DNA of 21,262 nucleotides from UHGV virus genome UHGV-0196349. One strand, 5' to 3'. Positions 7,159 to 20,386 of the stretch are shown here, piece after piece (the stretch's first letter is position 1; every line of letters begins with the position of its first letter). Source of the stretch: a virus. A program made the translations under genes and the position numbers. The notes beneath the pieces are model-generated. The model saw nothing but the letters and a program-made list of their open reading frames with translations. It did not search any database and was not told the DNA's origin.

Positions 7159-9000
7159 TTACTGCTGTGTTGCCTCAGTAGCAAGCAGCGGCCTGATGGC
7201 ATTTGCAGCGTTACTCAACGCTCTTTCATAGGCTGGTGTTCCTGCTTTGGTGTTTGCCAGACGTAAGAGCGCATTCCTTGCTGCTTTGGACTCATACAAG
7301 CGCATCATTGCACCGAAACCAGCCTCAAGCCCCATTGATACGCCAAGAGTCGCAGTTGCGCCAATCGTCCTTATCCTGTTGGCTTGCGATTGCCCCGTCT
7401 GAGTTACTACATTTGCGGTGTCTGACCTTGCTGTTTGCTGCAGAACTTCATGAAGAGCATCAAGTTCTTTCATGTGCTTTCCAGAAAAAATAGTGTTGTA
7501 AATTTCACCGCCTGACTGAGATTTCAGCTTATTAACTTCAGTGATGAACTTGGCTGGAGAGTCACCGGCCTTTTCCGCTATTTTGCTGACGTAAGCTGCA
7601 CGCATAGCATCTTTCCCTTTATCATCCAGTGCGCTCCAGATTCGTTTCACGTCAGATGGTTTTCTGCTTAATACAACGGTATTTATAAGTTCAGGACTGG
7701 CTTCACTGCTTGCCTTGTTGAGTTTGTTAGCAATGTTTTTATTAAGCACCTTATTATAAACGTTTGCATAATCGGAATTTGCTTTAAGGTATTTTGCTGC
7801 GTCTGATGCACCGAGGTTTTTAGCAACTGCGTTACGAAGGTCTTTTGACATTGCATTCTCTACCATATTGGTAGCTGCTTTTGCCTGGTTGGGGAAGACC
7901 ATAGCATCTCCCTGAACATTAGATCTAAATGCTGTTCTGTGCTGACGCAAGAGATCAAACGTAACATCCAAATCAGTTGCAGGGTTTGCTAATTCTTCAC
8001 GTAGGTTACGCAAGGATGTAAGCAGGCTTTGATTGGCAGACGTCCCAAGTCGTTCCTGTCTTGCGATCGCTGTATTCAGAGCATTCATGGTATTTGTGGT
8101 ATCAACTGCGGCATTACCCATTTTATTGGTGACGTCATTGATAACAGCGCCAGCGGCATCCTTCCTCCCCCTTAACGTGGTGGTCAGAGATTTCACCACA
8201 TCATCAGGGTTGTACTCACCAAAACGGTCAAAATAATTACTTACCAGCTTACTACGCGTTGCATATTGCTCCGCTCGCTTTGAGCCTGTCCCGAGCAAAG
8301 CCCCCTCGGCATCCTGAGTAAGGCCGCGAGTGAAAGCATTTTTCGGCGGGATAACATCAGATGTCATTGGTGTCACGCCCATCGATTCTGATGTGGCAAT
8401 TTTCTTCGCCACTTCTGGCGCAATATCACCTTTTATAGCCGTTATTCCACGCCCTATTCCCTTTGCTGCGGCGGAAAGAACACCCTGAGCGGCAAGGTTA
8501 ACTCCGGCATTTTTAGCTGCATTTTGTGCGAAATCGCCTTTCTGATTTGCGGCCTCTGCCAGTGATCCAATAGCCATGCTTCCTGCCGTTCCAACTCCTG
8601 GAACTAAATACCCACCAATTGTTTCACCGGCTTGTGCGTAGGGGTCTGTCGGTCTGTCTACTGGACGATAAACATCATCCAAAACCTTGGGTCCACCAAG
8701 CCCCTGACTGATTGCATTAATCAGACTTGCGCCACCCTGCAATACGTCAAATGGTATGTTTACCAGACCACGACCAGCCTGTTCTGCAATTTGCTCTGCA
8801 CTTTGACCACCAGTGAGCCAATCGCCAGCTTGTTGCATCAATGATGGTTCTTCCCGTGTTGGTGCATTATTGGCCTGATTAACTGTTTGTTGCTGAACAG
8901 CCTGACCAGCAAAATACTCATCAATGGCGGTGCCAATATCTTCGGTGCTCGTACCATCAGGAAAGGTAAATGTCTTACCGTTTGCAGTTACTTTCATCAT
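7159..9000 (-). CDS. gp16: Ejection (injection) protein gp16
   Basis: 613 aa, [30 protein letters not shown]..., recognised as P22 gp16-like. The ATGA overlap with the gp20 stop and the synteny 7-20-16 both fit. Confidence 0.85.
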   Translation of the reverse strand: MMKVTANGKTFTFPDGTSTEDIGTAIDEYFAGQAVQQQTVNQANNAPTREEPSLMQQAGDWLTGGQSAEQIAEQAGRGLVNIPFDVLQGGASLINAISQGLGGPKVLDDVYRPVDRPTDPYAQAGETIGGYLVPGVGTAGSMAIGSLAEAANQKGDFAQNAAKNAGVNLAAQGVLSAAAKGIGRGITAIKGDIAPEVAKKIATSESMGVTPMTSDVIPPKNAFTRGLTQDAEGALLGTGSKRAEQYATRSKLVSNYFDRFGEYNPDDVVKSLTTTLRGRKDAAGAVINDVTNKMGNAAVDTTNTMNALNTAIARQERLGTSANQSLLTSLRNLREELANPATDLDVTFDLLRQHRTAFRSNVQGDAMVFPNQAKAATNMVENAMSKDLRNAVAKNLGASDAAKYLKANSDYANVYNKVLNKNIANKLNKASSEASPELINTVVLSRKPSDVKRIWSALDDKGKDAMRAAYVSKIAEKAGDSPAKFITEVNKLKSQSGGEIYNTIFSGKHMKELDALHEVLQQTARSDTANVVTQTGQSQANRIRTIGATATLGVSMGLEAGFGAMMRLYESKAARNALLRLANTKAGTPAYERALSNAANAIRPLLATEATQQ

Positions 9001-10463
9001 TCCACCGTAAATTGAATGCCTGATTTTGAGGTATATGATCCGGATTGACTCTGCTGCTGTTGGGTATTTGTCGGTTGTTGGCTATTGCTCTGTTGTTGAC
9101 TATTTGCAGCACTTGAAACCACCAAAGCATCATAAACGCGACCAGACTGACCACGTAATGAGTTATATTGGCCCTGCATTTTTCGCATTTTTGTTTCAGT
9201 AGCAGCCTTGGAATCACCGGGCTGAGGGAGGTACATTTTGGAATACTCCTGCATCTCTGGCAGAGTAATTGCTGCACCTGTTTCTGGGCGCAAAATTGCA
9301 TACAAGGCGTCTCTCGCATTTACCATATATTGCTGCTCCGCTGGTGATAGGCTTAAATTTGCAATAGTTCCATCACCAAGAGAGCGATTTATTAATGCAA
9401 CTCGCTTAGGGTCAATGCTTTTACTAAGCTGATTCATTGAGTCCATTGAATCTTTTAATCGCAAAGCAAATCCCGCCGCCTTCTTGGAACCCTCATTAGC
9501 CTTATCTATGATGCTTTGCGCTTGTGGCAAGCTAATTGGTTTAATGCCATCACCAGATATAGGTTGGTTTAGTTTTCCGGCTTCCTCGCTGCCATCGGTG
9601 TAATACTTAGTTACCGAGCCATCAGGATTGGTTTCAACCTTAAGTAATTTCTTAGCATTGGGATTAATTCCCGCCGCTGCCGCAAATGCCGCTGCACCAT
9701 CTGGATCTACCTTTAACATTTGCGCGTACTGATTGTAATTCTGCATTGCGGCTGTTGGTGCATATGCTGACGTTAACGCATTTGCTCGGCTAATATCCTG
9801 CCCTCTCGCCTGAAGTGCTTCACCAGCCTGATTGCTGCGGATTGTCTCTGCCAGTCTGCCTCGGTCAATCTCACGACCAGCCATCTTGTCCTGAACATTG
9901 AAGTAATCAATCGGACCAAGAGCAGCCATCCCAAGGTGATCAACAAACTCACCAAATCCTGAAGGATTCTGCTGATACATCTGAGCAACGTTATTAGGGT
10001 CAACACCGACGCGAGTCAGTTCCTTGGCGTTGTTTTGCAGCCATGATTGCATTGCTTCTGGAGACGAGGCCGCAAGGCGTGCGCCAGCCGCTAAGGTGCC
10101 GATAGAATTGCGCTGGTCTTCATCAATGAATCCCATGCCTTTGCGAACAGATTCAATCTGGTCTGGATATTGAGTAGCCAACTGACGCAAAGCACCGCGA
10201 TCACCAGACGCATAAGCATTAGCGTACGCCTGCTGAAATTCTTTCTGCCGCTGAGCCTGCTTTTCCTGCTGAAACACCCCTGCAATACCTGAAAGGCCTT
10301 GCAAAGCAGTCAGCCCAACATTGTTAGCGCCTGAACGCTCAATATCATTGTTCTGCCTGATAAGCTGAAGCGTATTGCCGATGTCATTTACGCTCGGAGC
10401 GTTTGAGTTGACACCACCGATACCAGCCAACAATCCGCCATTTGTTCCTTGCCAAGTAGCCAT
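8997..10463 (-). CDS. gp20: Ejection protein gp20
   Basis: 488 aa. Position and size match P22 gp20. The C-terminal tail is Q/S-rich. Confidence 0.8.
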   Translation of the reverse strand: MATWQGTNGGLLAGIGGVNSNAPSVNDIGNTLQLIRQNNDIERSGANNVGLTALQGLSGIAGVFQQEKQAQRQKEFQQAYANAYASGDRGALRQLATQYPDQIESVRKGMGFIDEDQRNSIGTLAAGARLAASSPEAMQSWLQNNAKELTRVGVDPNNVAQMYQQNPSGFGEFVDHLGMAALGPIDYFNVQDKMAGREIDRGRLAETIRSNQAGEALQARGQDISRANALTSAYAPTAAMQNYNQYAQMLKVDPDGAAAFAAAAGINPNAKKLLKVETNPDGSVTKYYTDGSEEAGKLNQPISGDGIKPISLPQAQSIIDKANEGSKKAAGFALRLKDSMDSMNQLSKSIDPKRVALINRSLGDGTIANLSLSPAEQQYMVNARDALYAILRPETGAAITLPEMQEYSKMYLPQPGDSKAATETKMRKMQGQYNSLRGQSGRVYDALVVSSAANSQQQSNSQQPTNTQQQQSQSGSYTSKSGIQFTVE

Positions 10464-10472
10464 GATTACCCC

Positions 10473-11165
10473 TTAAAACAACGAGCCAAGCAGGCCAAGT
10501 CCGCCGCCAATTGCCGCACCTAATCCAGTGCCAAGTCCTGGAACAATAGAGCCAAGAGCAGCGCCAGTCATAGCCCCTGAAGCTCCGCCGCTAATTGCTG
10601 TCTGAAGGCCTGATGGTTTATTGGCATTAGCAGCGGCAAGAGCCGCACTTTGCTGCGAAATCTGACTCATGTTGTTGGCATATGTCTGCCCGGCGTTTGC
10701 CTGACCTTGCAGCGCACCAAGGCCAATGTTTGCCAGGTTGTTGTAGTTGTTCATCTGACCAGACAGCCACTGCTGACCAAGCGTTGGTGCGATTGTTGCT
10801 AACTGATTACCGGTTGCAGTGGAACCCAATCCACCTGTTGCTTCCGCTGCCGCCAGACTCTGATAGCGAGCCTGACCAGCAAGATCTTTGTACTGCTGAG
10901 AGTTGTAATACTGGTTAAGTGCCTGCCCCTGACCTTCTAAACTGGAAAGGTTCTGAAGCTGGTTAACATACTGCTCCGCAAGAGGCGTGAACGGAGCAAG
11001 GTTTTTCATGATCGTCTGCCACTGCTGATGTTGCAGGTCTGCGGCATACTTCTGAGCTTCTGCTGCATACTTTGCGCTTTTATCGGAGCCACCCTTCCCG
11101 CCTTTTTCAGGGTGATAAGGTTCCTCGCCGCGCAGTTTTCTGCCCAGCTTAAATGCATATAACAT
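10473..11165 (-). CDS. gp7: Ejection protein gp7
   Basis: 230 aa, MLYAFKLGRKLRGEEPYHPEKGGKGGSDK..., recognised as P22 gp7-like. The C-terminus is Gly/Ala-rich. Confidence 0.85.
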   Translation of the reverse strand: MLYAFKLGRKLRGEEPYHPEKGGKGGSDKSAKYAAEAQKYAADLQHQQWQTIMKNLAPFTPLAEQYVNQLQNLSSLEGQGQALNQYYNSQQYKDLAGQARYQSLAAAEATGGLGSTATGNQLATIAPTLGQQWLSGQMNNYNNLANIGLGALQGQANAGQTYANNMSQISQQSAALAAANANKPSGLQTAISGGASGAMTGAALGSIVPGLGTGLGAAIGGGLGLLGSLF

Positions 11166-11167
11166 GG

Positions 11168-11623
11168 CTATCTCCCGTGATTCAGGAAGTCGATTAGTTC
11201 TTCGCGTGTGGCGCTGTAAAAAGTCACGTCATCCACGCCTTTGAAGTATTTCTTGATGGTTCCTACACGCTTAAGGCCAATAATTGCGCAGTACATCTGC
11301 CCGTGGCGGAATTTGCGTGCAGCGAACGATGTGACGCACTGAACGGTGGTGTTAGTCAGAATGTATCGCCAGAACGCCAGCCCGATTTCCTTGCTGAATC
11401 CGCGAACCTCTGGCAGGTACATGGCGTGGCAATCGAATGTAAGCGGCTGAATCTCCTGGTAGTAAACAATGCCGCCAAACTGACCGTGCACGTTAACCTC
11501 AAAGTAACGGCATTCAGGCTTGTAGTCGTATCCATCACCGTTGTTGCTTCCAGCAATAATGTCAGGGTGATTTCCTACTGCTTCTATCAGGTCGATGTTT
11601 CGCGTTGGTTTGAATGTAATCAT
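11168..11623 (-). CDS. gp14: gp14-like protein (P22 gene 14 position)
   Basis: 151 aa. Assigned by synteny between gp26 and gp7 and by size; the sequence itself was not independently recognised. Confidence 0.65.
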   Translation of the reverse strand: MITFKPTRNIDLIEAVGNHPDIIAGSNNGDGYDYKPECRYFEVNVHGQFGGIVYYQEIQPLTFDCHAMYLPEVRGFSKEIGLAFWRYILTNTTVQCVTSFAARKFRHGQMYCAIIGLKRVGTIKKYFKGVDDVTFYSATREELIDFLNHGR

Positions 11624-12324
11624 CAGTCAATCAGCCCATGTAATCTAAGTGCTGTTTCAAGCGCCAGAATACGCTGCCGCGCCTGCTGCAAACCTGTAGC
11701 GAGAGCTGCGACTTCGGATTGTGTGTACGTAGTGCCGACAGTGTATGACTGGTTAGCGTTGAATGAGCCAAGAAGTGGCGTACCTGTGGCTGCAGTCCAT
11801 CCGGTATTTCTTGCTCCAACAACCTGAATTCCATCAACTGAATATGATGTTTTTACATCCAGCGGTGACTCAAGAGACTGCAATTCGGTTACGGTTTTCG
11901 ATACGTAATCACTCTTAATGCCAGAGACATCGTTTTCTACGTCATCCAGTCTTTGGTCAACAGTGACCAGATGCGCCTGAATATCGATAACCTCATCCAG
12001 CAAGTAATCAACATCGCTACGCAGTACGACTATCTTCCCTTCGGCAGTTGTTAACCTGACCTCAAGTAGATTTATCGCTTTTGTGTTTGCGGTGATTCTT
12101 GCGTCGTGATCAGCCAGTTCGACATCCTGTTCATCGTTTTTCACCTGTGCATCGTAAGCGCCCTGACCAGCCTGATTTGCCTTCCCGGCAATTGCGCCGA
12201 CATCAGCCCCCTGATTAATGACATACAACAGGTAAGACTGGCTGAAGATATTGCGTGGAAGGATTGATGTATCGAGCCGCGTCGCCTGCACAATAACAGG
12301 AGTGTTGAGATTCGAATCCGCCAT
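11623..12324 (-). CDS. gp26: Tail needle protein gp26
   Basis: 233 aa, [36 protein letters not shown]...[30 protein letters not shown]..., strongly P22 gp26-like over the N-terminal part, with the same length as P22 gp26. Confidence 0.9.
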   Translation of the reverse strand: MADSNLNTPVIVQATRLDTSILPRNIFSQSYLLYVINQGADVGAIAGKANQAGQGAYDAQVKNDEQDVELADHDARITANTKAINLLEVRLTTAEGKIVVLRSDVDYLLDEVIDIQAHLVTVDQRLDDVENDVSGIKSDYVSKTVTELQSLESPLDVKTSYSVDGIQVVGARNTGWTAATGTPLLGSFNANQSYTVGTTYTQSEVAALATGLQQARQRILALETALRLHGLID

Positions 12325-13742
12325 TACTCAATCCTTATCTGAGCGCCAGAAAGAGTTACAGGTGACTTCGTGATAACGCGCAATTTGAAGCCAACATTTT
12401 TCCTGATTCGCCCGACACGCTTCCACAAAACGCGTTTGTCGTAAACGAACGGTTCATTCTGCTCAATCATCTGCTCACGACCATAATTTATGCCGTCAGT
12501 GGTTGCAGAGAGGAACAGGCGGTCGGCGTACTGCGCAACTCCAGTTGACGATTCAACTTCAAGGTCGAAAACTCTGGCGTTATCCGCTTTGAACAACGGA
12601 GTAAACAGCAGGTGTTCCTGTTGCTTGTCGTACTGGCTGCTGATATCGAACTGCAATTTTCCTGTCATCGATTCAAGCTTATCGCCGCACGTTATCTGAT
12701 TGCCTTCGTAAATGAAGTCGATAGCGCGGTACACATCGTCATACAGGCCTGTTTTCAGCACACACCATTGCGGACCATTGGCACTTGAAGATGCGTCGTA
12801 CACCAGAACATGGCGCGGAAGGTGGATAATCAGCAACTCATGCGCATCAAATCGCAGCGATTCCATCACGCCATCAGCCAGTTCATCAGCAGTGTAGGAA
12901 CGAAGGATTTTCTCAATGCTCGCGCTGGCGATTGGTGATACCTGACCGGAGCCGATGATATACACAGACGGCGCACCTGTTGCCGGATTGCTGATGAACG
13001 CATACGAATCAGCAAACGGCGTTTTGCAGTAGGTTCCGGCGATTCCTTTTTGCACCATCAGCGATGGCTGTGCGACATACAAAGCGGCACCAACAGTGGT
13101 TGCACCTGTCAGGGAGAAATATTCAATCGTTGATGAACCAAAGCATACGATGAAGTCTCGCCATGTTCCGATGCCGATGATGCCGTCAGGCTGCGATTCT
13201 GCGCGATATTGTGCGCTGTAGCGGTCAGGATGAGATTCGTCTTCAAGGTCAGTGATAAACCATGAATCAGTACCGTCTTTTGACCACGCATAACGCCCAC
13301 GTAATCGCGTAATGTCGCGGACTGAGCCTAACTCATACTGCGTGAATCCGCTGTCTGTAGGCCAGTTTGAGACGGTTTTAACCGTACCATCATAGCGATA
13401 CTCGACCAGTTGACCATTAACGCCTACAGCCTGAGATGTTCGACCATGCGCCATTGATACGCGACCACTTCCGGCGACGTCACCGACTTCACTTTCTCCT
13501 TTGTACAGCTTACCACCACATACGCGATAAACAGCATTCTGCGCCATGTTGTACTCGACGCCCCGCGATACGCCGTTCACATCAGAACGTTTGGCAATGC
13601 CCGGGAATGAGCGAAGATATCCGCTGCTGTTCAGGATTTCTTTGGGTGTAGCCAACATATTCACTGGCAGATAGTCGATATAGTCGGCGTTTCGAAAGTC
13701 TTTGCCGACACCTTTCATAAGCGGAAGTTGCTGAATCGGCAT
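12324..13742 (-). CDS. gp10: Tail accessory (plug) protein gp10
   Basis: 472 aa, [49 protein letters not shown]..., recognised as P22 gp10-like with the same length. Confidence 0.9.
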   Translation of the reverse strand: MPIQQLPLMKGVGKDFRNADYIDYLPVNMLATPKEILNSSGYLRSFPGIAKRSDVNGVSRGVEYNMAQNAVYRVCGGKLYKGESEVGDVAGSGRVSMAHGRTSQAVGVNGQLVEYRYDGTVKTVSNWPTDSGFTQYELGSVRDITRLRGRYAWSKDGTDSWFITDLEDESHPDRYSAQYRAESQPDGIIGIGTWRDFIVCFGSSTIEYFSLTGATTVGAALYVAQPSLMVQKGIAGTYCKTPFADSYAFISNPATGAPSVYIIGSGQVSPIASASIEKILRSYTADELADGVMESLRFDAHELLIIHLPRHVLVYDASSSANGPQWCVLKTGLYDDVYRAIDFIYEGNQITCGDKLESMTGKLQFDISSQYDKQQEHLLFTPLFKADNARVFDLEVESSTGVAQYADRLFLSATTDGINYGREQMIEQNEPFVYDKRVLWKRVGRIRKNVGFKLRVITKSPVTLSGAQIRIE

Positions 13743-14242
13743 TATTCGCTCCCGTTATCGCAAGGTTCCTTTCGGTGGAAGTAATTCCAACCGTTCCACT
13801 TCGCCAACTGGTTACCACTACCAACAGGCATACGGTTTGGATAACCGGACTTACATTTAGCGGCTTTTGCTCTGTCCATTGCAGACAGTTTGACGAGTCG
13901 CTCTTTCCCGTATCTGGCAGTGGTTATAAGTTTTGCAGACGCTTCCAGCGCATAATCTGGAGCAATGCGGCAGGCAAGGTTGAAAATGACGGCATTTATA
14001 GCGTTATTTGATAATCCGTGCTCATCTCCCGGATCTGGAGCGACATCTGCATCAGCAAAAATGTAGCCAACGTTGATACCAGGTGACACATCACCGCCAA
14101 GCCATTCAGCCATCATCATTTCAAGGTCGTTGACGCCATCTTCCATGGACTGAGGTTCGACATCGGTTAACGTGGCATTTGATGCCACACCGAGCTTACG
14201 TAATGCCGCAAGAACTAAATCACCCTTCGTTGTCAGGTTCAT
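13742..14242 (-). CDS. gp4: Head completion / tail accessory protein gp4
   Basis: 166 aa from the internal ATG at 14242: [41 protein letters not shown]..., matching the P22 gp4 N-terminus and length. The ORF-track start at 14356 is an upstream extension in another gene's space. Confidence 0.85.
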   Translation of the reverse strand: MNLTTKGDLVLAALRKLGVASNATLTDVEPQSMEDGVNDLEMMMAEWLGGDVSPGINVGYIFADADVAPDPGDEHGLSNNAINAVIFNLACRIAPDYALEASAKLITTARYGKERLVKLSAMDRAKAAKCKSGYPNRMPVGSGNQLAKWNGWNYFHRKEPCDNGSE

Positions 14243-14456
14243 CTGCTGCCGCCTTAGGTTTTCGACCAGGCTTTTTACGCTGTTTTTCTTCTGGCTCTGG
14301 CTCTGGCTCTGCAACGTCCTTAAGAAGGTCATCGGGATGTGCAAACCAACCAGCATCCAGATATTCCTGAATCTCTTCGGCTTTCACGATTTCAAAGTCG
14401 TAGCCAACGCCTTTCCACTTCTTCATGTCGCCATGACGAAAGATCATGTGTGTCAT
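14220..14456 (-). CDS. Small acidic/basic-tailed hypothetical protein between coat and gp4
   Basis: 78 aa from the ATG at 14456 (GGAG 6 nt upstream, immediately after the coat terminator U-tract): [68 protein letters not shown]... It overlaps the gp4 start by about 23 nt. Confidence 0.55.
   Translation of the reverse strand: MTHMIFRHGDMKKWKGVGYDFEIVKAEEIQEYLDAGWFAHPDDLLKDVAEPEPEPEEKQRKKPGRKPKAAADEPDNEG
14291..14311. repeat. Hexanucleotide tandem repeat (CTGGCT)x3.5, encoding (EP)n on the minus strand
   Basis: ctggctctggctctggctctg read directly. It lies inside the small ORF 14220..14456 and the unit length keeps the frame. Confidence 0.8.
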
Positions 14457-14470
14457 GTTTGTCTCCAGAT

Positions 14471-14492
14471 AAAAAAGGGAGCCGAAGCTCCC
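14471..14492 (-). terminator. Intrinsic terminator just after the coat gene (GGGAGC-UUCG-GCUCCC + U6)
   Basis: On the minus strand: 6-bp stem, UUCG tetraloop, U6. It begins 8 nt after the coat stop. The U-tract runs into the SD of the next small ORF. Confidence 0.75.
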
Positions 14493-14500
14493 TCTGGTTA

Positions 14501-15796
14501 TCACGCAGTCTGGTTAGGCAGGCCAACGCCAATTGCCTCTGGTCGTACAGCACATGCTGAATACCACACAGCAATACGGCACTTACCAGACAGAGTGTTG
14601 ATATCACCCTGCGTTGCGAAGATGCCGTTAACACCAATGCCAGGAATGCTGAAGGAAGAAGTTTTCATGCCAGCAAACAGTTCATGGGTTACCGGGATCG
14701 GCTGAGACAGTAGGCGGATTGAGTCATCAGCCCAGAACACGTTAGCGGTGGTTGTTGCCACGTTCAGAACGTTTACCGGAGTGGTATCAGCAAGAGAAGT
14801 GTTTACGTTAGCGTAAGCCTTCTCTTCTTTTGTCAGTGACGCGTCATCCAGTGCAATCGGTTTCGGCGTGATTTCGATGTGAGTACTATCGATCACACGG
14901 GTGATTGAGAAAGTTGCATCATCAGTCAGCACGTTCTTCGCCATCTGAGACAGGAATTTCACACCAGTGAAGCTGATTTTGTCGCCGCGCTTAAATCCGG
15001 TGGTGGAGGATACGGTCACCGTTGCAACACGGTTGTCGACGTTCTCTTTGTTACCATCGGTATCAAGGGTGTATGCCTGCGGCTTAAACTTCTGCGCACC
15101 AGACACAGTTACACCAGTAGCGGTTGACTTGGTAACTGCCGGAAGTTTCGGTGAGCGAAGAATTTCATCAAAGCCAGCAATCTGACGCTGAATAGTACCG
15201 TTGCGATACGCTTCTTCAGGAACGCGCCCGAAGATGTCACCATCTACCAGGTTGCGGCCTGCTTTACGGTAATCGTCAGGGTTCAGGAAGTAACTGATGC
15301 CCATATCGCGGTTTAGCTCACGGGAGAACATCAGGCGCTCTGCATCAGACACAAAATCCCAGCCAGACAGGCCAGTAGATGGACCAATTGCGCGGGTATC
15401 GTGAACAACAAGCGAGCCCATTTCAGTTGCCTGTTTGGCAATCGCTGACTCAATGTTATTCGCCAGTTTTTTGGCGGATGCCTGGATGCGGCGACGGTAA
15501 GAACGCTCATCACGCAGGTCATCTGCACGAAGCTCGAAGAAATCGTTATCCGGATCGCCCATGTTGCACTTCACGGAGAGTTCCAGAATCCCGGTTGCGT
15601 TGCCAGTTAAATCCCAGCCAGTCTGGGTTGGCGCTTCCTGCTCAACAGGCATCCACACGGTGTTGCTTGAACGCTGCATGGATTCTGCCGGAGGGGTGTA
15701 TTTTGTCACTTTGGACGCCATTGGCGTCAGGTTCTGGACGGTTTCGATGATTTCATCCAGAGCATACGTGACTAGTTGACCTTCATTTAATGCCAT
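14501..15796 (-). CDS. gp5: Major capsid (coat) protein gp5
   Basis: 431 aa, [27 protein letters not shown]...[22 protein letters not shown]...; closely matches P22 coat protein along its length (P22 is 430 aa). Confidence 0.95.
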   Translation of the reverse strand: MALNEGQLVTYALDEIIETVQNLTPMASKVTKYTPPAESMQRSSNTVWMPVEQEAPTQTGWDLTGNATGILELSVKCNMGDPDNDFFELRADDLRDERSYRRRIQASAKKLANNIESAIAKQATEMGSLVVHDTRAIGPSTGLSGWDFVSDAERLMFSRELNRDMGISYFLNPDDYRKAGRNLVDGDIFGRVPEEAYRNGTIQRQIAGFDEILRSPKLPAVTKSTATGVTVSGAQKFKPQAYTLDTDGNKENVDNRVATVTVSSTTGFKRGDKISFTGVKFLSQMAKNVLTDDATFSITRVIDSTHIEITPKPIALDDASLTKEEKAYANVNTSLADTTPVNVLNVATTTANVFWADDSIRLLSQPIPVTHELFAGMKTSSFSIPGIGVNGIFATQGDINTLSGKCRIAVWYSACAVRPEAIGVGLPNQTA

Positions 15797-16707
15797 TATC
15801 GAATTCCTTTATTCAGTTGCGCCTTAAGCTTGCGGTATGTCTCTACATCCCCTTTGTTTGCTGCCGCTTCCATCTGCTTTTCAATCGCAGATATATTTGC
15901 AGCAACAGCGTGTCCCTGAATGGGTTCATCAGGTAGCGGGGCTTCTGAAACAGGTTTGGCTCGAGGCTTGAGAGTTAAACGTTCTGACAGTAGAGTGAGT
16001 TCAATCAGCGCGGATTTCCCGTCCATCGCCAGCAACTGGCGTGTTTTCTCAGGATTAGCACCAAGGTGATACATGAGAGCGGCGGATTTCTCCGGGAAGA
16101 GGCGCATGATGTCGGCACCGACTGCTGGCGGCACCAGTTGCATGAATACATCCTCTTTCTCCTGATAGTCAGGGATATTGAGCTTTTCCGCTGCGTCGTA
16201 GTGCTTACGGGCTGCCTCGACGTATTGCGCTGATTGCTGGGTGAACTCCTGAGTTTTGCGACCCTGCTCGGCGACAGCCTGGCTTCGTGCGTCCATAGCC
16301 TTGATCTGCCATTCACTGTTTGCCTGCTGGAAGGCAGCCAGTGCGCGGCTCTGGTCATAGTCGTACTTAGCCAGTGCGTCTTCGGAAAGATAATCGTTAG
16401 GGTCTGGTTGTTTTGGTAACTCAGGGTTCACCCGCAGGTGCTCCGGCAACTCTCCCCGCTTAACCGCTTCCATCTGTTGCTCAAGCTCACGCTGGCGTTT
16501 GCGTTCGATGCGGCGACGGGCAAATTCAGCATTAGTTGCCGGGTCTTGTTTTGGTTTCTCATCGTCTTTCAGGACAATCTCGAAGCCTTCTTCCTGACCT
16601 GCGTTGTCGTTGGCATTATCGACAACTAAGCCATCAGCAGATGCCGCTGCATGATTGCCGGGCAGGGTTAATTCTTCAGAAGCCTGAATGTCGGTGGTTT
16701 GGTCCAT
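15796..16707 (-). CDS. gp8: Scaffolding protein gp8
   Basis: 303 aa, the same length as the P22 scaffold. It is charged and helical-looking, and lies between portal and coat. Its stop overlaps the coat start (TAATG). Confidence 0.85.
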   Translation of the reverse strand: MDQTTDIQASEELTLPGNHAAASADGLVVDNANDNAGQEEGFEIVLKDDEKPKQDPATNAEFARRRIERKRQRELEQQMEAVKRGELPEHLRVNPELPKQPDPNDYLSEDALAKYDYDQSRALAAFQQANSEWQIKAMDARSQAVAEQGRKTQEFTQQSAQYVEAARKHYDAAEKLNIPDYQEKEDVFMQLVPPAVGADIMRLFPEKSAALMYHLGANPEKTRQLLAMDGKSALIELTLLSERLTLKPRAKPVSEAPLPDEPIQGHAVAANISAIEKQMEAAANKGDVETYRKLKAQLNKGIR

Positions 16708-16720
16708 GATTAACTCTCTC

Positions 16721-18886
16721 TTATTGAGGTGTCTCGGCTACTCCGCCGGAGGGGATTTGAACTTGACGCATAAGATTCGCGAAATCCATGCGTTGTGAAT
16801 GAGTCTGGTCTGCATCTTTAAGAAGCAGCTCAGCGTTAGCACGAGCATCTTTGCTGCGCTGTTGCTGGAATTGACCTACGAGCTTGAGGTACTCACGCAG
16901 TTCTGCCTGCTTGTCGAGGTCCATATTGTTGAAGATTTCTGCAATCTTCGCGGCGTTGAGTTGGTTTTGGGCTTCAACCTTGGCGGCTTCAACCTGAATC
17001 TGCGCCTGTTGGTTCTCTGCCTTGAGCAATTCAGCCTGACCTTGCAGAAGGATACCCTGCGCCTGAATTTGCTCTGCTGATGGCTGCTGCGGCTGCTGTT
17101 GAGCCTGCTGTACCATCTCCATCTCTTCAGGTGTTTCTGGCTTCTTCAGCCCCATCATCACCAGTTGCTTGTTCGCGTACTCTCGCATCATCTCGACGCC
17201 TTTACCGTCAAGCAGCGTGAAGTATTGCAGCATCAGCATCTGGAACTCTGGAGTACCTTGCGGAACCTTGGTGAGCAACTCCTGAATCTCTGCGCGGTTC
17301 TGTTCCTTCATACTCTGGAAGGATGGTCCTACGTCTGTATAGCACTCATAGCGACCGCGAATGTCGTTGAGTGTGACCACATTGCCGGACTGGTAATCGA
17401 CAACTTGCGCATAGAGTTGAATGTCTTTCTCGCTTCCATCTTCAAGTGTCAGCGTTACATGACGAGGAACGTCATAAATATCGTTGACCATTGAGGCATA
17501 AATCTCGCCATCACGTCGCATTGCGGTAGCCAGGTTATCCTGAAACACGTATGTCTCAAGGTCTGCCCGCATGTTAAGTTGATTGACGGTATCGAAAGCG
17601 ACCTGACCATTTGCCGCCTGCGCATCCACGCCAAGACTAGCCACTTCTTTCACTGCGTTGGTGGCAGCCTCAAGCATGTAAGCGTTGGCTTGCGGCACTT
17701 CAGGGTTTTCCATGTAGGAGATTGGACCAATCGGCAGGTCGTTACCGTTTTCATCAGTCCTGTTCTGGAGATAGTACGGATAGTCATCATTTCCACCGTA
17801 CATGTATTCGTAGCCTTCTATTTGCTCAGGGAAGAAGGTAGGTTTCTTCTTCGGTGAACGAGCAACAATATCGGCGTTGAATGACATGATCATGTTACGA
17901 AGGCGCTGACCGTCTTTCGTCAGCCTTACCACTCCTTCGTAGCACTCCTTGTCACCAGCGAATGACCATTCGCCGTACACAGGAACGATTGGGATATGCT
18001 CTCCGGCTATCTTCTCTCGGTCCTTCAGTATCTGCGTGCAGGTGATGATCGACTTATACACACGCCGACGCTTGATCTTACGCTCTGCTACCTTAATGAA
18101 TCCACGATTAGCCAGGTCGTCGATGACGTCTTTGATATCCTGCTGGTAATAGCTGACCGGCTCACCTGTCAGCGGGTCGCGGTAGATGAAGACTTTCTCC
18201 TTCTTCTCTTCTACCTCGTAATACTCAGCGACGTAGACGACATCATTCGATACCCACGGAAACAGCCATGTATCGTTCGGATTCTGGAAAGATGGCAGGG
18301 TGTCAGGATCAATACCGTAATCCTCTGCGAACTCTTTCCAGCCATTGCGTGACAAAGCGTTAATCACCGTGCAGTGCTTAGCGTCGCTCTTATCCATCTG
18401 CTTGCTGTTGGCGTCCCATATGACGTGTGAGCAGGCTTCATGGATTGGAAGGCGTCGGATTACCTGATTGTTGCTTGTTGGGTCGTTGTCTTCGTACTGC
18501 GTGACCAGACGCCATGCACCAACGCCGGACTCTATCTGCTCACGAACGCCAACGTTAACGGCAATTTTTGCCGTGTTATGGCGCATATCAGTACGATACA
18601 TCCCCATCAGCACATCGGCAGCATCAGGATTAGCTCCGTCTTTTGGTCTGAAGAGAACATCGATAGGGTTACGGCGCATCTCTGCGACCAGTTTCCTGAC
18701 CACCGGGCGAACAACATCGAATTGTCCGCGATATTGCAGGGTGGTGTAGTTTGATAGCCAGTCATCCCATTGCGACACTCGGCTAAAATACAGGTCATTT
18801 GTCGCCTCGGTTCTGGCTTCATCGCTCGCCATCCAGTCCGCGTCAAACTTACACAGAATGGAATTGAGTCTGTTTTCGTCGGCCAT
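16721..18886 (-). CDS. gp1: Portal protein gp1
   Basis: 721 aa (P22 portal is 725 aa). It lies between terL and scaffold. The C-terminal region is a Q/E-rich coiled-coil-like barrel, as in the P22 portal. Confidence 0.9.
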   Translation of the reverse strand: MADENRLNSILCKFDADWMASDEARTEATNDLYFSRVSQWDDWLSNYTTLQYRGQFDVVRPVVRKLVAEMRRNPIDVLFRPKDGANPDAADVLMGMYRTDMRHNTAKIAVNVGVREQIESGVGAWRLVTQYEDNDPTSNNQVIRRLPIHEACSHVIWDANSKQMDKSDAKHCTVINALSRNGWKEFAEDYGIDPDTLPSFQNPNDTWLFPWVSNDVVYVAEYYEVEEKKEKVFIYRDPLTGEPVSYYQQDIKDVIDDLANRGFIKVAERKIKRRRVYKSIITCTQILKDREKIAGEHIPIVPVYGEWSFAGDKECYEGVVRLTKDGQRLRNMIMSFNADIVARSPKKKPTFFPEQIEGYEYMYGGNDDYPYYLQNRTDENGNDLPIGPISYMENPEVPQANAYMLEAATNAVKEVASLGVDAQAANGQVAFDTVNQLNMRADLETYVFQDNLATAMRRDGEIYASMVNDIYDVPRHVTLTLEDGSEKDIQLYAQVVDYQSGNVVTLNDIRGRYECYTDVGPSFQSMKEQNRAEIQELLTKVPQGTPEFQMLMLQYFTLLDGKGVEMMREYANKQLVMMGLKKPETPEEMEMVQQAQQQPQQPSAEQIQAQGILLQGQAELLKAENQQAQIQVEAAKVEAQNQLNAAKIAEIFNNMDLDKQAELREYLKLVGQFQQQRSKDARANAELLLKDADQTHSQRMDFANLMRQVQIPSGGVAETPQ

Positions 18887-20386
18887 TTAAGTTCTCCGTG
18901 CGATTGGCCTGATTGGGGCTGGTATCTTTTTCTCTTTTGGTTTTTTGATGTCGCGCATCATTTTTGCGAAGCGGCGCATCATGTATGCATAGCGAACGGC
19001 GGAGAGAACGTCATCGTTAAGCTTGACGATTTTCCCGTTTTCATCACGGTGATAGAGGCGGAACTCCTCAAAGAATGGCTCACAGGTGTTGAATACTTTG
19101 AAGCGACCGTCGAGCATCATGTCTCGCAATTCAGTGATGCCAGGCTCAACAGCGTTACCGCCATCAGGCCATGTCGCATGCTCCTGCAACATCATAAATC
19201 CAGCGTCCGCATACTGCCCTTTGAGCTGCTCACCGCCGCCCTTCTCGTGCTGGTTTCCGTCATGAGGCCATGCGGTTGGCACTTTATGCGCCCATGGTTT
19301 AACAGCTCCCCACGCCTGAACGGCTGTCTTTTCTTTCGCCTTCCAAACGCGTGAAAGGTAGATTATGTCTGCGTCCTTATCCCACCAAAGCTGAACCTGC
19401 GCCTGTGGGTGATCCCATCCGAAATCCATCCCGCCAATTACGTAGAAGTGATCAGGACACTCGAACGGCTGACACTTAATCGTCTCTTCCGGTATCTGGA
19501 AGATTCGACCACTACCCATCGTAGGAATACCGCGAGCACGCGCCTCTCTCTCATGCTCAGGATAGGATGCGATGATTTGCTCTTTCTGCTCGTCGGTGTA
19601 GTGCTCAGCGTCATAGATGGTCATGTTGACCACTTTCTGCGACTTGCTGGGATTCTTCAGGAACTTGGTAACAACGTCAGACATCCCCATCAGCGGGGTA
19701 AACGTCAGAATTGAGAATTGCCCGTATTTGTTGGTACGGGTAAGCCCTTCGCCATAAATGCTGTATGGCGGCTCTTCGTCAAACCACACGCCATGGATTG
19801 TGTCACCCTGCCAGCGAGCGCGGCCTTGCGAGTATGGTTTGAAGTAGCAGATTGAAATGCCATCTTCAACGCCATCAGCCGTGTGATGCTTAACCAGAAG
19901 ATGATCAACAAGGTTCGGAAAGAAAGGAGACTTCTTCCAGCTAATGATGTCCTCTTTCGGTATTGAACCGTAGCCCGGCTCATCATTCTCTTCAATACGA
20001 CCGCACAGGATGCGTTGAGTCGTTTTGGTTACCGTCTCGTTTGTCTCGCCGCCAATCCAGAAGACAACAGGCTCATAGAAACGCTTACCTTTCCACTCAC
20101 CGCCATATTTACCATCAGCAGGATAGCCTTTTGTGCCCGGATAACGCCCGGTAAGGTGAAACGCGACTTCAGCAGCACCAGTAAATGACTTACCAAGCTG
20201 GTTACCAGCCATAAAACAGCGCTCTGGATAGTCATGCCCGGCGTCGATGAACTCACGCTGTTTGCTGTATGGCGTAAATTCATATAGCAGGTGTGTGTTC
20301 CGGTAGTTCTCTTCTTCTTCGAGTAGCTCGAGCAATTCGATTTGCTCTTCGTCGCTCAAGTTATCAAGAATCGCGTCCAGTTCCAC
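18887..20386 (-). CDS. gp2: Terminase large subunit gp2
   Basis: 499 aa, the same length as P22 gp2. It lies immediately upstream of the portal, and its start overlaps the terS 3' end. Confidence 0.9.
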   Translation of the reverse strand: MELDAILDNLSDEEQIELLELLEEEENYRNTHLLYEFTPYSKQREFIDAGHDYPERCFMAGNQLGKSFTGAAEVAFHLTGRYPGTKGYPADGKYGGEWKGKRFYEPVVFWIGGETNETVTKTTQRILCGRIEENDEPGYGSIPKEDIISWKKSPFFPNLVDHLLVKHHTADGVEDGISICYFKPYSQGRARWQGDTIHGVWFDEEPPYSIYGEGLTRTNKYGQFSILTFTPLMGMSDVVTKFLKNPSKSQKVVNMTIYDAEHYTDEQKEQIIASYPEHEREARARGIPTMGSGRIFQIPEETIKCQPFECPDHFYVIGGMDFGWDHPQAQVQLWWDKDADIIYLSRVWKAKEKTAVQAWGAVKPWAHKVPTAWPHDGNQHEKGGGEQLKGQYADAGFMMLQEHATWPDGGNAVEPGITELRDMMLDGRFKVFNTCEPFFEEFRLYHRDENGKIVKLNDDVLSAVRYAYMMRRFAKMMRDIKKPKEKKIPAPIRPIARRT

